Source: Spirochaetota bacterium
GTDB lineage: Bacteria; Spirochaetota; UBA4802; UBA5550
Direction: 5' to 3'
Length of the DNA: 64,000 nt
Assembly (NCBI GenBank): GCA_025457915.1
Contig: JALOTL010000017.1
Location: forward strand, 4,718 to 68,717
Shown: positions 1 to 8,154 of the stretch, in pieces
Layout: every line of letters starts with the position of its first letter
How positions within the stretch are numbered: the first letter of the stretch is position 1
Notes under the pieces: model-generated
What the model was told of the DNA's origin: nothing
Database searches by the model: none
The model's input: only the letters and a program-made list of their open reading frames with translations
Made by a program: the position numbers and the translations under genes

Positions 1-323
1 ATTACACGAACTCCGTTCACCTCCCGGTCGAATACACGGAAGACCTTTTCGAGGTGCTGGACCACCAGGACGATCTCCAGACGAAGTTCACGGGCGGCAC
101 CGTGGTTCACCTGTTTCTCGGGGAAAGGATCGAAGACCCGCAGGACGTGAAAAGGCTCGTCAGAAAAATCGCGGAAAACTATTCACTGCCGTACTTTACC
201 GTTACGCCGACATTCAGCGTCTGCCCGGTGCATGGATACCTCCCCGGGGCGCATAAATTCTGTCCGTATGAACACACTGAAGAGGAACTTAAAAAATTCG
301 GGATTGAAGTCGAAGCGAATTAA
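1..323 (+). CDS. nrdD: Anaerobic ribonucleoside-triphosphate reductase NrdD, C-terminal part (5' truncated by the window edge)
   Basis: The frame is open from the window start and ends TAA at 321-323. The C-terminal Cys/His cluster CPVHGYLPGAHKFCPYEH resembles the NrdD zinc site. NrdG lies immediately downstream. Confidence 0.7.
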   Translation, partial: YTNSVHLPVEYTEDLFEVLDHQDDLQTKFTGGTVVHLFLGERIEDPQDVKRLVRKIAENYSLPYFTVTPTFSVCPVHGYLPGAHKFCPYEHTEEELKKFGIEVEAN

Positions 324-393
324 TACCGATCAATAAACCGGGACACCGGTTTTTGAGGCAGGGGGATATAACAATTAACCAATGGAGATTAAT

Positions 394-564
394 ATGAGCA
401 AAAAAGAGCTTAAAATCCCGGTTGAGGTCTATTCAAGGGTTGTCGGATATTTCAGACCGGTTAATCAGTGGAACAAGGGAAAACAGGAGGAATTCTCGCT
501 GAGAAGGTCATACAGGTTCGAAGGCGCCGACAGTCCGGTCTATGAATATCAGGGGAATTTATAA
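394..564 (+). CDS. Small stand-alone glycyl-radical loop protein resembling the NrdD extreme C-terminus
   Basis: The 57-60 aa ORF contains SRVVGYFRPVNQWNKGKQEEF, which matches the RVCGY...NxGKxxE glycyl-radical motif of class III RNR. It has its own RBS (TGGAGA at 383-388, then ATG at 394; an alternative ATG is at 382). An in-frame TAA lies at 376-378. It is separated from nrdD by a hairpin plus T-run at 333-356. Confidence 0.5.
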   Translation: MSKKELKIPVEVYSRVVGYFRPVNQWNKGKQEEFSLRRSYRFEGADSPVYEYQGNL

Positions 565-1240
565 GACATCTCTCATCGATTATCCCGGCAAGATAAGCAC
601 GGTGCTCTTTACCGGTGGATGCAACCTCCGGTGCAAATACTGCCACAATCCGGCCCTCGCCTGCAACTTGCCCGGGCTGGAGTTGACGCCTAACGATGAG
701 GCGATAAGCTTCATTGAAAAACGAAGCGGACTGATCGACGGCGTCACCATAACCGGCGGGGAGCCCACACTCTCACCCAATATTTCCGAATTTCTCAAAA
801 AACTGAAAAACCGGTCCATACCCGTAAAACTCGACTCCAACGGCCTCAACCCGTCGGTCATTGAAAGGCTAGTCGGCGAGGGCCTGCTTGACTACGTCGC
901 CATCGACGTAAAGACCTCTCCGGAAAAATACCGTGAGCTGACGGGATCGGATGTCGATTTCGGTAAAATATACAGGAGCGTTTCCATTCTCAGGGACAGC
1001 GGGGTCGACTACGAAATAAGGACCACCTGCATCCCCGGGTACGTGACGGTCGACGATTTTTACGGGATCGGCGGCGCCATAGGCAGGGTAAGCAGCTACT
1101 ACCTCCAGCAATTCAGGAAGGACACGCCGCTCCTGGACGAATCATGCATGGAACTGTCGCCCTATACCCGCGAGACCCTCCTCGGTTTCAGGGAAATCGT
1201 CCTCGGCTTCGCAGACTTCTGCATCATCAGGGGAATCTGA
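542..1240 (+). CDS. nrdG: Anaerobic ribonucleotide reductase activating protein NrdG (radical SAM)
   Basis: It has the radical-SAM motif CNLRCKYCHN near the N-terminus and is about 230 aa. It lies directly downstream of nrdD and overlaps the small ORF by about 23 nt. Confidence 0.85.
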   Translation: MNIRGIYKTSLIDYPGKISTVLFTGGCNLRCKYCHNPALACNLPGLELTPNDEAISFIEKRSGLIDGVTITGGEPTLSPNISEFLKKLKNRSIPVKLDSNGLNPSVIERLVGEGLLDYVAIDVKTSPEKYRELTGSDVDFGKIYRSVSILRDSGVDYEIRTTCIPGYVTVDDFYGIGGAIGRVSSYYLQQFRKDTPLLDESCMELSPYTRETLLGFREIVLGFADFCIIRGI

Positions 1241-1408
1241 ACGGCTTTTACCGTCCGGATTTATCATTGACCGTCAACCCTCAAAAGCCCCGACCATATC
1301 CAGCCCGTGATGCCGGAACCTGCCGCAACGGCCTCCTCATCCATCAGGCGGATTTTTTATGACCCGGCCTTAACTGCCGGCCCTTTCATCCTGAACGGCG
1401 TTTTTTTC

Positions 1409-1443
1409 TTGACAAAAAACCCATATGAAATTATATGCATATG
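1409..1443 (+). promoter_or_regulatory. Candidate sigma70-type promoter with an overlapping palindrome upstream of the NMO-PadR-NMO genes
   Basis: TTGACA at 1409-1414, a 16-17 nt spacer, then TTATAT at 1431-1436. ATATGCATAT at 1434-1443 is a perfect palindrome and could be a PadR-type operator. Confidence 0.35.
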
Positions 1444-1474
1444 AAAATAGTTGCATATCAACTCCGGAGGACAC

Positions 1475-2461
1475 ATGAAAACTGCTATAACCGAAATGTT
1501 CGGGGTCAAGTACCCCATAATATGCGGCGCCATGATGTGGCTCTGCAAACCGAAGCTCTGCGCGGCGGTGTCGGAGGCCGGGGGGCTCGGCAATCTTACC
1601 GCCGGCAATTACCCCACCGAGGACGAATTCAGGAGCGCCATCAGGGAAACAAGGAAGCTCACGGACAAACCGTTCATGGTCAATGTCACCATATTGCCTT
1701 CGGTACATATAGGGCCTGAACAGCACAAGATGTACCTCAGGGTATGCGCCGAAGAGAGGATCGCGGGGCTCGAGATATCCGGCGCCCCCCTCGACAAGGC
1801 GGTGGGCATGGAAATGATCGAAACGCTGAAAAAGGCCGGGGTCAGGCTGTTTCACAAGGTCGGATCGGTCCGCCACGCGGTCCACGCCGAGCACGCTGGA
1901 TACGACGGCATCTATGCCGCAGGAATCGAGGAGGGGGGACACCCGCTGAACGACGACGTCACGACGATGGTCCTCACCCCGAAAATAGCCGACACGGTAA
2001 AGATCCCGGTTGTCACCGTGGGAGGCATAGCTGACGGAAGGACGATGGCTGCCGCCCTGGTGCTCGGCGCGCAGGGCGTAATGATGGCCACGAGGTTCGT
2101 AGCCACGAAGGAATGCGAGGTCCACGACAACATCAAAAACGAGCTTATAAAGCGCCAGGAATTCGATACCACTTTAATCTGCAAATCCATAGGGCTGCAG
2201 GGCAGGGCCATAAAAAACCAGGTGGTCCGGGACGTGCTTGAACTTGAGGCCAGGGGCTGCGGCCTGGAACAGCTCATACCCCTCATTGCCGGTAAAAGGG
2301 TCAAGGAGGCATGGGAGACCGGAAACGTGGACATCGCGCCCATGATGATGGGGCAGTCCGTGGGACTGGTCCATGACATACCCACGTGCAGGGAGCTTAT
2401 CGAGAGGATGGCAGTCGAGGCGGAAAGGGAGCTTTCCAGGGCCTCATCGATGCTGAAATAA
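1475..2461 (+). CDS. Nitronate monooxygenase / NAD(P)H-dependent flavin oxidoreductase family (2-nitropropane dioxygenase, FabK-like)
   Basis: The N-terminus MKTAITEMFGVKYPIICGAMMW is typical of the NMO/FabK TIM-barrel family and the length is about 330 aa. An RBS GGAGGA sits at 1463-1468. The ORF track places the start at 1451. Confidence 0.8.
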   Translation: MKTAITEMFGVKYPIICGAMMWLCKPKLCAAVSEAGGLGNLTAGNYPTEDEFRSAIRETRKLTDKPFMVNVTILPSVHIGPEQHKMYLRVCAEERIAGLEISGAPLDKAVGMEMIETLKKAGVRLFHKVGSVRHAVHAEHAGYDGIYAAGIEEGGHPLNDDVTTMVLTPKIADTVKIPVVTVGGIADGRTMAAALVLGAQGVMMATRFVATKECEVHDNIKNELIKRQEFDTTLICKSIGLQGRAIKNQVVRDVLELEARGCGLEQLIPLIAGKRVKEAWETGNVDIAPMMMGQSVGLVHDIPTCRELIERMAVEAERELSRASSMLK

Positions 2462-2464
2462 AAA

Positions 2465-3016
2465 ATGTCGCTGTCACACGCAATACTCGCATCCCTGATT
2501 GGAGAGAGCCCTTCCAGCGGATACGACCTCGCCAAGCGCTTCAATGCCACGGTGGGCTTTTTCTGGAAGGCGACCCACCAGCAGATATACAAGGAGCTCG
2601 CCAGGCTGGAATCGGAAGGCCTGCTGGAGTCTGAGGTCGTGGTGCAGGAAGAGCGGCCCGATAAAAAAATATACGGCGTTACCGAGGAGGGCAAGGAGCT
2701 CCTCCTCGGCTGGCTGGCGGAGCCTGCAACTCCTTCCCCGATCAAGGAGGAGCTCCAGGTAAAAATGCACGTCGGCTACCTCCTGCCGAAAGAGATTATT
2801 ATTGACGAATTGAAACGGCACCGCAAACTTCACCGTGAAAGGCTGGACCTTTACAATGAAAGGGAGAAGCGGTACTTCAGCGACGTTGAAAAACTTTCAG
2901 ACAAGGGGAGGTTCCGCTATATCAACCTAAGGAGCGGCATAACCTTCGAAAAAAGCAGGATAGGCTGGATAGATGAAGCCATAAAATTCCTGTCAGAATT
3001 CAGGGCGATCAAATAA
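2465..3016 (+). CDS. PadR-family transcriptional regulator
   Basis: It has a winged-helix PadR N-terminal domain (SGYDLAKRF...HQQIYKELARLESEGLLE) and is 183 aa. It lies between two NMO paralogs. Confidence 0.8.
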   Translation: MSLSHAILASLIGESPSSGYDLAKRFNATVGFFWKATHQQIYKELARLESEGLLESEVVVQEERPDKKIYGVTEEGKELLLGWLAEPATPSPIKEELQVKMHVGYLLPKEIIIDELKRHRKLHRERLDLYNEREKRYFSDVEKLSDKGRFRYINLRSGITFEKSRIGWIDEAIKFLSEFRAIK

Positions 3017-3031
3017 ACAAGGAGCATATAC

Positions 3032-4066
3032 ATGAAAACCAAGATAACAAAACTTTTCGGAATCAAATACCCGATCATACTCCCGGGGATGAGCTGGATA
3101 AGCGTTCCCGAGCTGGTTGCCGCGGTGTGCAACGCCGGCGGAATCGGATACCTGGCCACCGGGCCCCTTACCCCGGACATGACCCGTGAATCCATAAGAA
3201 AAATACGCAAGCTGACAAACAAGCCCTTCGGCGCGGGATGCACGCTCCTGATGCCGGGCGCCCGCGAAAACGCCGAGGTCTTCATCGAGGAGAAGGTGCC
3301 GGTGGTCAATATATCCCTTGGCAGGGGCGATGATATAATAAAACGCGTTCACGCCTACGGGGGAAAGGTGATCTCGACCGTGACGACCGTCAAGCACGCG
3401 CTTGCCGCGCAGGCCGCGGGCGCGGACGCCCTCCAGGTGACCGGAACAGAAGCCGCGGCGCACGGCAGCCAGATAGGCACGATGGTGCTCGTTCCGGCCG
3501 TGATAGACGCCGTAAAGATCCCGGTGGTCGCCATCGGCGGATTCGCTGACGGCAGGGGACTGGCCGCGGCGCTCGCCCTGGGAGCGGAAGGCATCGGGAT
3601 GGGCACGAGGCTCTCCATGACCAGGGAAAGCCCGGTCAACATGACCACGATAAACAAGCAGCTGGAGGCGGGAATCGACGACACGATGTATTCAAACCGT
3701 TTCGACGGGCTCTGGTGCAGGGTCCTCAACACGCCGACCGCCAGGAAGTCCATTCGAAAAGGCATGAGCCTTCCAAGGGCGGTACTCGTGGGGCCGAGGA
3801 TAGCGCGCGAGATGAAGCTCCCTCTTATCAAGCTGATGATAGGCATGCTCGCAAGGGGACCGAAGACCATGATACAGCTTGCCCACATGGCCACCGCGTT
3901 CGACAAGATCAAGGCCGCGACCGAGGGCGACCTGAAGTACGGGGTTCACCTAACCGGGCAGGTCCAGGGACTGATCAACGACATCCCCACCGTCAAAGAA
4001 GTGATCGACCGGACCATCAAGGAAGCCATTGCGATACAGAAAAACATGGGTGCCATGCTTAAATAA
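3032..4066 (+). CDS. Nitronate monooxygenase / NAD(P)H-dependent flavin oxidoreductase family, paralog 2
   Basis: The N-terminus MKTKITKLFGIKYPIILPGMSW is a paralog of the 1475 gene, and the same glycine-rich FMN-binding segments are present. Confidence 0.8.
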   Translation: MKTKITKLFGIKYPIILPGMSWISVPELVAAVCNAGGIGYLATGPLTPDMTRESIRKIRKLTNKPFGAGCTLLMPGARENAEVFIEEKVPVVNISLGRGDDIIKRVHAYGGKVISTVTTVKHALAAQAAGADALQVTGTEAAAHGSQIGTMVLVPAVIDAVKIPVVAIGGFADGRGLAAALALGAEGIGMGTRLSMTRESPVNMTTINKQLEAGIDDTMYSNRFDGLWCRVLNTPTARKSIRKGMSLPRAVLVGPRIAREMKLPLIKLMIGMLARGPKTMIQLAHMATAFDKIKAATEGDLKYGVHLTGQVQGLINDIPTVKEVIDRTIKEAIAIQKNMGAMLK

Positions 4067-4104
4067 GGACACGTCAATAAATAGATCAAAGATGTCCAAG
4101 CCGT

Positions 4105-4133
4105 AAAAAACCCCGCCTGCCGGGGTTTTTTTA
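4105..4133 (+). terminator. Rho-independent terminator
   Basis: AAAAAACCCCGCCTGCCGGGGTTTTTTT: a GC stem with a 5-nt loop followed by a T-run, directly after the 3032-4066 gene. Confidence 0.7.
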
Positions 4134-4244
4134 CGGAGAAACGCATTCCGGTCCGGTTTAAATATTGAAATTCCTTCAGATCATGATGAATTTTAAATCG
4201 TTCGAAAAATAATCAGGTGATTCAATAAGGAATTAATTCATGCC

Positions 4245-4883
4245 GTGAAAAGCAAAGTCTTCATCTTTCTAACTTTAATCTTATGCTTACAGTGCGCTGG
4301 AGGACAGCGCGCCGGAACCTCCGTTTCGCCGGCGACACACGAAGTATATGTCGTCAGCAACAATTTTCATACCGGTCTCGTGATCGGGCTTGATGGGAAC
4401 GCCCGCCGCGTGCTTTCGTTTTCGGAATTCTTCATTAATCATGGACGGGTCGATATAGGATGGGGCGACGAGGTCATATACCAGGAGGCCGAAATCAGGT
4501 CATGCTCCGCCGTCAGGGCGATGATGATCCCTTCGTCCAGCGTTATCAGGGTTGAGGGCTTCGACGCGGACATGAAGGACGTCGTCGCATGGAGCGGAAG
4601 GGCCGCGATGTTCAGGCTCAGCGACGTGGAATTCATCCGTCTCTGCGAATTCATCGACGCGTCGCTGATGAAAGACGGTGACGGAAAGCCCGTGGTCGCG
4701 TCAAGGCACGGCGGGGAAGTGATTTTTTTCAGGTCGCCGCATCTTTATCACATGTTCAACACATGCAACACATGGATCGCGAGGGCCCTCAACCATGCGG
4801 GCATTGATATTTCCCCCGTTTGCGTGATCACGGCCGGGACGCTCTTCAGGAGGATGAAAGAATCCGGGGAAATCCTTAAATGA
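4245..4883 (+). CDS. Putative lipoprotein, uncharacterised (possibly DUF2459-like)
   Basis: GTG start, a signal peptide with a lipobox-like LCLQCAGG, and codon usage typical of the host. No catalytic motif was recognised. Confidence 0.45.
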   Translation: MKSKVFIFLTLILCLQCAGGQRAGTSVSPATHEVYVVSNNFHTGLVIGLDGNARRVLSFSEFFINHGRVDIGWGDEVIYQEAEIRSCSAVRAMMIPSSSVIRVEGFDADMKDVVAWSGRAAMFRLSDVEFIRLCEFIDASLMKDGDGKPVVASRHGGEVIFFRSPHLYHMFNTCNTWIARALNHAGIDISPVCVITAGTLFRRMKESGEILK

Positions 4884-4978
4884 TTTTTTCACCGAAAACT
4901 GTCATGCCGGGCGCAAAAAAAAGGGGAGGCCTTTCAGCCTCCCTTTTTACACGTCATTATTATCCGCCGGCTTTACGG

Positions 4979-5734
4979 CTACTTCTTCATGAAGAGCCCG
5001 ATCGCGAGCATCGTCTGGTTCCTGTCCTCTATATTAAGCGCCATCTCCAGTCCGCCGGCATCGATGTTCATGTTGATGGCCTCCTTGGTCAGCCTGAGCC
5101 CCATGCGGTTCTTTGAAAGCAGTATCTTCGCGTAGTCCTTCGCGGTGTCGAGCAGCTTGTCCTTTTCGACTATCTTAGTCACCAGCCCGAGCTGCATGGC
5201 CTCCTCAGACGACATGAATCCGCCGGTGTACATGAACTCGTATGCCCTTCCCGTCCCGATCATCCTGGGGAGGAAATAACTGCAGGACATGTCGGCCCCG
5301 CCGAGACCGATATTTATATAAGCCGCGCTGAACCTCGCGTCCGGAGAGATGATCCTTATGTCCGATGAAAGCGTGAAGCTGAACCCCTGCCCGGCTGCCG
5401 CGCCGTGCACCGCGCAGATTATCGGTTGCGGGGCCCTTCTCATCGCCAGGTTGATCCTAGCGAGCCTTGCCTGGAACCTGTAAAATTCATGGGCGTTCAT
5501 TGTCGGCGCCTTGGCCAGGGTCTCCTTCATGTCCAGCCCCGCGCAGAAGCCTTTTTCCCCGTTGCCCTTCAGGATGATGACCGCCGTTTCGAGATCATAA
5601 AGCCTCTCCTTCCAGAAATCCTCGAGCTCTTCCATCATGAGATGATTTACGGCGTTGTATGACTCAGGCCTGTTGAGGGACAGTATGCCGAGCCCGTTTT
5701 CTATAACCTCGTATTGAATCGTCTTGTAATCCAT
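4979..5734 (-). CDS. Enoyl-CoA hydratase/isomerase (crotonase family)
   Basis: Crotonase fold signatures are present (GNGEKGFCAGLDM, the oxyanion-hole segment AVHGAAAGQGFSF) and the length is 251 aa. Confidence 0.85.
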   Translation of the reverse strand: MDYKTIQYEVIENGLGILSLNRPESYNAVNHLMMEELEDFWKERLYDLETAVIILKGNGEKGFCAGLDMKETLAKAPTMNAHEFYRFQARLARINLAMRRAPQPIICAVHGAAAGQGFSFTLSSDIRIISPDARFSAAYINIGLGGADMSCSYFLPRMIGTGRAYEFMYTGGFMSSEEAMQLGLVTKIVEKDKLLDTAKDYAKILLSKNRMGLRLTKEAINMNIDAGGLEMALNIEDRNQTMLAIGLFMKK

Positions 5735-5931
5735 ATGCCACCTTCGGTTGATTTATTCGGGCCGCAAAACGGCGGATCACGCTTTAGCGGTGCCCCCGAC
5801 AATTATTGCGCGCCGTAAAAATTAATTTATGGACGTATGAATAATGTCAACATATATTCGATATAACGGCGGAGGGGAACTCCCCTGCGGCAGGACCCCG
5901 CGAAAAATATCATCAATAAAAAGGAAGCATC

Positions 5932-7932
5932 ATGTACAATCTTCTATTCAGCCCGATCAAAATCAACTCGGTCGAGATCAAAAACCGCGTATCCTATCCG
6001 GCGCTCGGGCTGCTGTACTGCTACGACGGAAAGCTGAACGACCGGCTCTATAATTATTTCAGGGAAAAAGCCTCCGGCGGCGCGGGAATGATAACGGTCG
6101 GCCCCGTGGGATTCGATTTCACCGGGAGCGGGCCCGTCGCGATTCAGATTGGAACAGATGACGCGATGCCCTCGTTCGAAAAGATGACACGCGTCATCCA
6201 CGACGAGGGGGCCGCTGCATGGATACAGATATTTCACGCCGGCGCCTATTCATACTCCAGGGCCCTGGGGGGCGACGATCCCGTGGCCCCTTCGGCCGTG
6301 TATTCAAGGTACTCGAAAACCGTGCCGCGCGAGCTTTCGCGCGACGACATCATGAGCGTTCAGAAGGAATTCGTGAAGGCCGCGGTGCGCGCGAAAAAAT
6401 GCGGCTTCGACGGCGTGGAGATCATCGGCTCTGCCGGATACCTGGTGACCCAGTTCCTGTCGCCGCTCAAAAACCTCCGCACGGACGAATACGGGGGGAG
6501 CTTAGAAAACAGGACCAGGTTCGCGAGGGAGATAATCTGCATGATGAGGGATTCCCTGGGCCCCGACTACCCCATAACGATAAGGATGGCCGGCAACGAC
6601 TTCGTGCCGGGAAGCGTGACATCCGGGGAGACCCCGGAGATCGCGAAGGAATATGAAAAATCCGGGATCGACATGATAAACGTTACGGGAGGCTGGCATG
6701 AGTCCCATATTCCACAGCTCCCCATGACCCTCCCGCGAGGTGGATTCGCGTACCTCGCGCTTAACGTCAGGAAAGCCGTAAGCATTCCCGTGATGGCATC
6801 GAACAGGATATCGACGCCGGACGAGGCCGAGAGGATACTGGCCGACGGGATGGCGGACATGGTAAACCTCGGGAGGGTCCTGATCGCCGATCCCGAGTGG
6901 CCGAAAAAAGCCATGGAGGGAAGGCCTGAAGAGATTAGGCCGTGCGTGGCCTGCAACCAGGGATGCACGGACAGCCTGTTCAGCGGACAGCCGGTAGCCT
7001 GCATCTGCAACGCCAGGGCGGGCCACGAGGCCGAAAGAATCATCAGGAAGGCGAAGCCGCCTAAAAAAATTCTGGTGGCCGGGGCGGGCCCGGGAGGGCT
7101 CGAGGCCGCGATCAGGGCCGCGGAGGCCGGACACAGCGTCGAGCTGTGCGAAAAAAGCGGCGACATAGGAGGCCAGCTGTGGATTGCGGCGGCGCCGCCG
7201 CACAAGTCGGACCTGCTGGATATCATCAAATACTACAGGACCATGCTTGCAAAATACGGCGTCAGGGTCAGGCTCAACACCGAGGTCACCGCCGACCTGG
7301 TAAGATCAGAAAAGCCGGACCACGTTATCGTTGCCGAGGGCGCGGAGGCCCTCATACCGCCGATAAAGGGCATGGATGATCCCTCCGTAATAACAGCATG
7401 GAAGGTCCTGCGGGATGACCCGCCCCTCGGGAAAAAAATAGCGGTCATCGGCGGCGGCGCGGTGGGCCTTGAGACCGCCCACTTCCTCGCGATGAAGGGA
7501 ACACTGACGCCGGAAGCGCTGCATTTCCTTTTCCTGTACGAGGCCGAGACCGCCGAGAGGCTGAGGCTTTACGCCACCAGGGGAACAAAGGACGTAACGG
7601 TTTTCGAAATGCTCCCGAAACCAGGGACCGGAATAGGAAGATCGACCAAGTGGATAATCATAGACAATCTCGACAGGTTCGGGGTGAAGGTCATATCATC
7701 AGCAAAGGTCACAGCAATAAAAGACGGGGAGGTCTGCTTCGAGCGGAACGGCAATGCGGAAAGCATCAGGTTCGACAGCGTTGTCAACGCGGTCGGATCA
7801 AGGGCGGTGAAAAAGCTTACCGAATCCATGAAATCCGCCGGGATCCCCTTCACCGCGATAGGCGACTGCGTAAAACCCGCCCAGATAGGGGATGCTGTTC
7901 ACCAGGGTTTTCTCGCGATTATGAATCTCTGA
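5932..7932 (+). CDS. 2,4-dienoyl-CoA reductase-like flavoenzyme (Old Yellow Enzyme TIM barrel plus FAD/NAD(P)-binding domain)
   Basis: It has an OYE-like N-terminal half (HAGAY, GFDGVEI), a C-terminal Rossmann GAGPGG motif and the Cys cluster CVACNQGC. At 666 aa it fits the FadH architecture. It is divergent from the enoyl-CoA hydratase. Confidence 0.8.
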   Translation: MYNLLFSPIKINSVEIKNRVSYPALGLLYCYDGKLNDRLYNYFREKASGGAGMITVGPVGFDFTGSGPVAIQIGTDDAMPSFEKMTRVIHDEGAAAWIQIFHAGAYSYSRALGGDDPVAPSAVYSRYSKTVPRELSRDDIMSVQKEFVKAAVRAKKCGFDGVEIIGSAGYLVTQFLSPLKNLRTDEYGGSLENRTRFAREIICMMRDSLGPDYPITIRMAGNDFVPGSVTSGETPEIAKEYEKSGIDMINVTGGWHESHIPQLPMTLPRGGFAYLALNVRKAVSIPVMASNRISTPDEAERILADGMADMVNLGRVLIADPEWPKKAMEGRPEEIRPCVACNQGCTDSLFSGQPVACICNARAGHEAERIIRKAKPPKKILVAGAGPGGLEAAIRAAEAGHSVELCEKSGDIGGQLWIAAAPPHKSDLLDIIKYYRTMLAKYGVRVRLNTEVTADLVRSEKPDHVIVAEGAEALIPPIKGMDDPSVITAWKVLRDDPPLGKKIAVIGGGAVGLETAHFLAMKGTLTPEALHFLFLYEAETAERLRLYATRGTKDVTVFEMLPKPGTGIGRSTKWIIIDNLDRFGVKVISSAKVTAIKDGEVCFERNGNAESIRFDSVVNAVGSRAVKKLTESMKSAGIPFTAIGDCVKPAQIGDAVHQGFLAIMNL

Positions 7933-8050
7933 TCCGAACCCGGGACAACAGGTTTCACGCAAGGTTGATCCGGCATTCAGCCCTCAAAACATTTCATCAT
8001 GGTGCGGTGGAGCGCACAACCCATATCCGCCCCCACCGCGGGTTTCAGAC

Positions 8051-8080
8051 TTGACATGCGGTAAATCATGTGGGTATTAT
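8051..8080 (+). promoter_or_regulatory. Sigma70-like promoter upstream of the membrane cyclase gene
   Basis: TTGACA at 8051-8056, an 18 nt spacer, then TATTAT at 8075-8080, about 75 nt upstream of the start at 8155. Confidence 0.45.
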
Positions 8081-8154
8081 ACTGTTGCGTTGAAGCGGAT
8101 TAGGCCGAATCGATTACGTTACCCTGATAAAATTACCAGACGGGGGGACAAGTA

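Noticed and set aside
1370-2745. Long antisense ORFs (1370..2125 -, 1912..2745 -) overlapping the NMO and PadR genes
   Set aside because: They lie in the shadow of confidently identified sense-strand genes. High GC generates long stop-free antisense frames, and no motifs are present. The same reasoning covers 3355..3912 -, 6502..7229 -, 8866..9843 -, 15400..16408 -, 33839..34792 +, 46686..47864 -, 51458..52244 - and 60038..61405 -.
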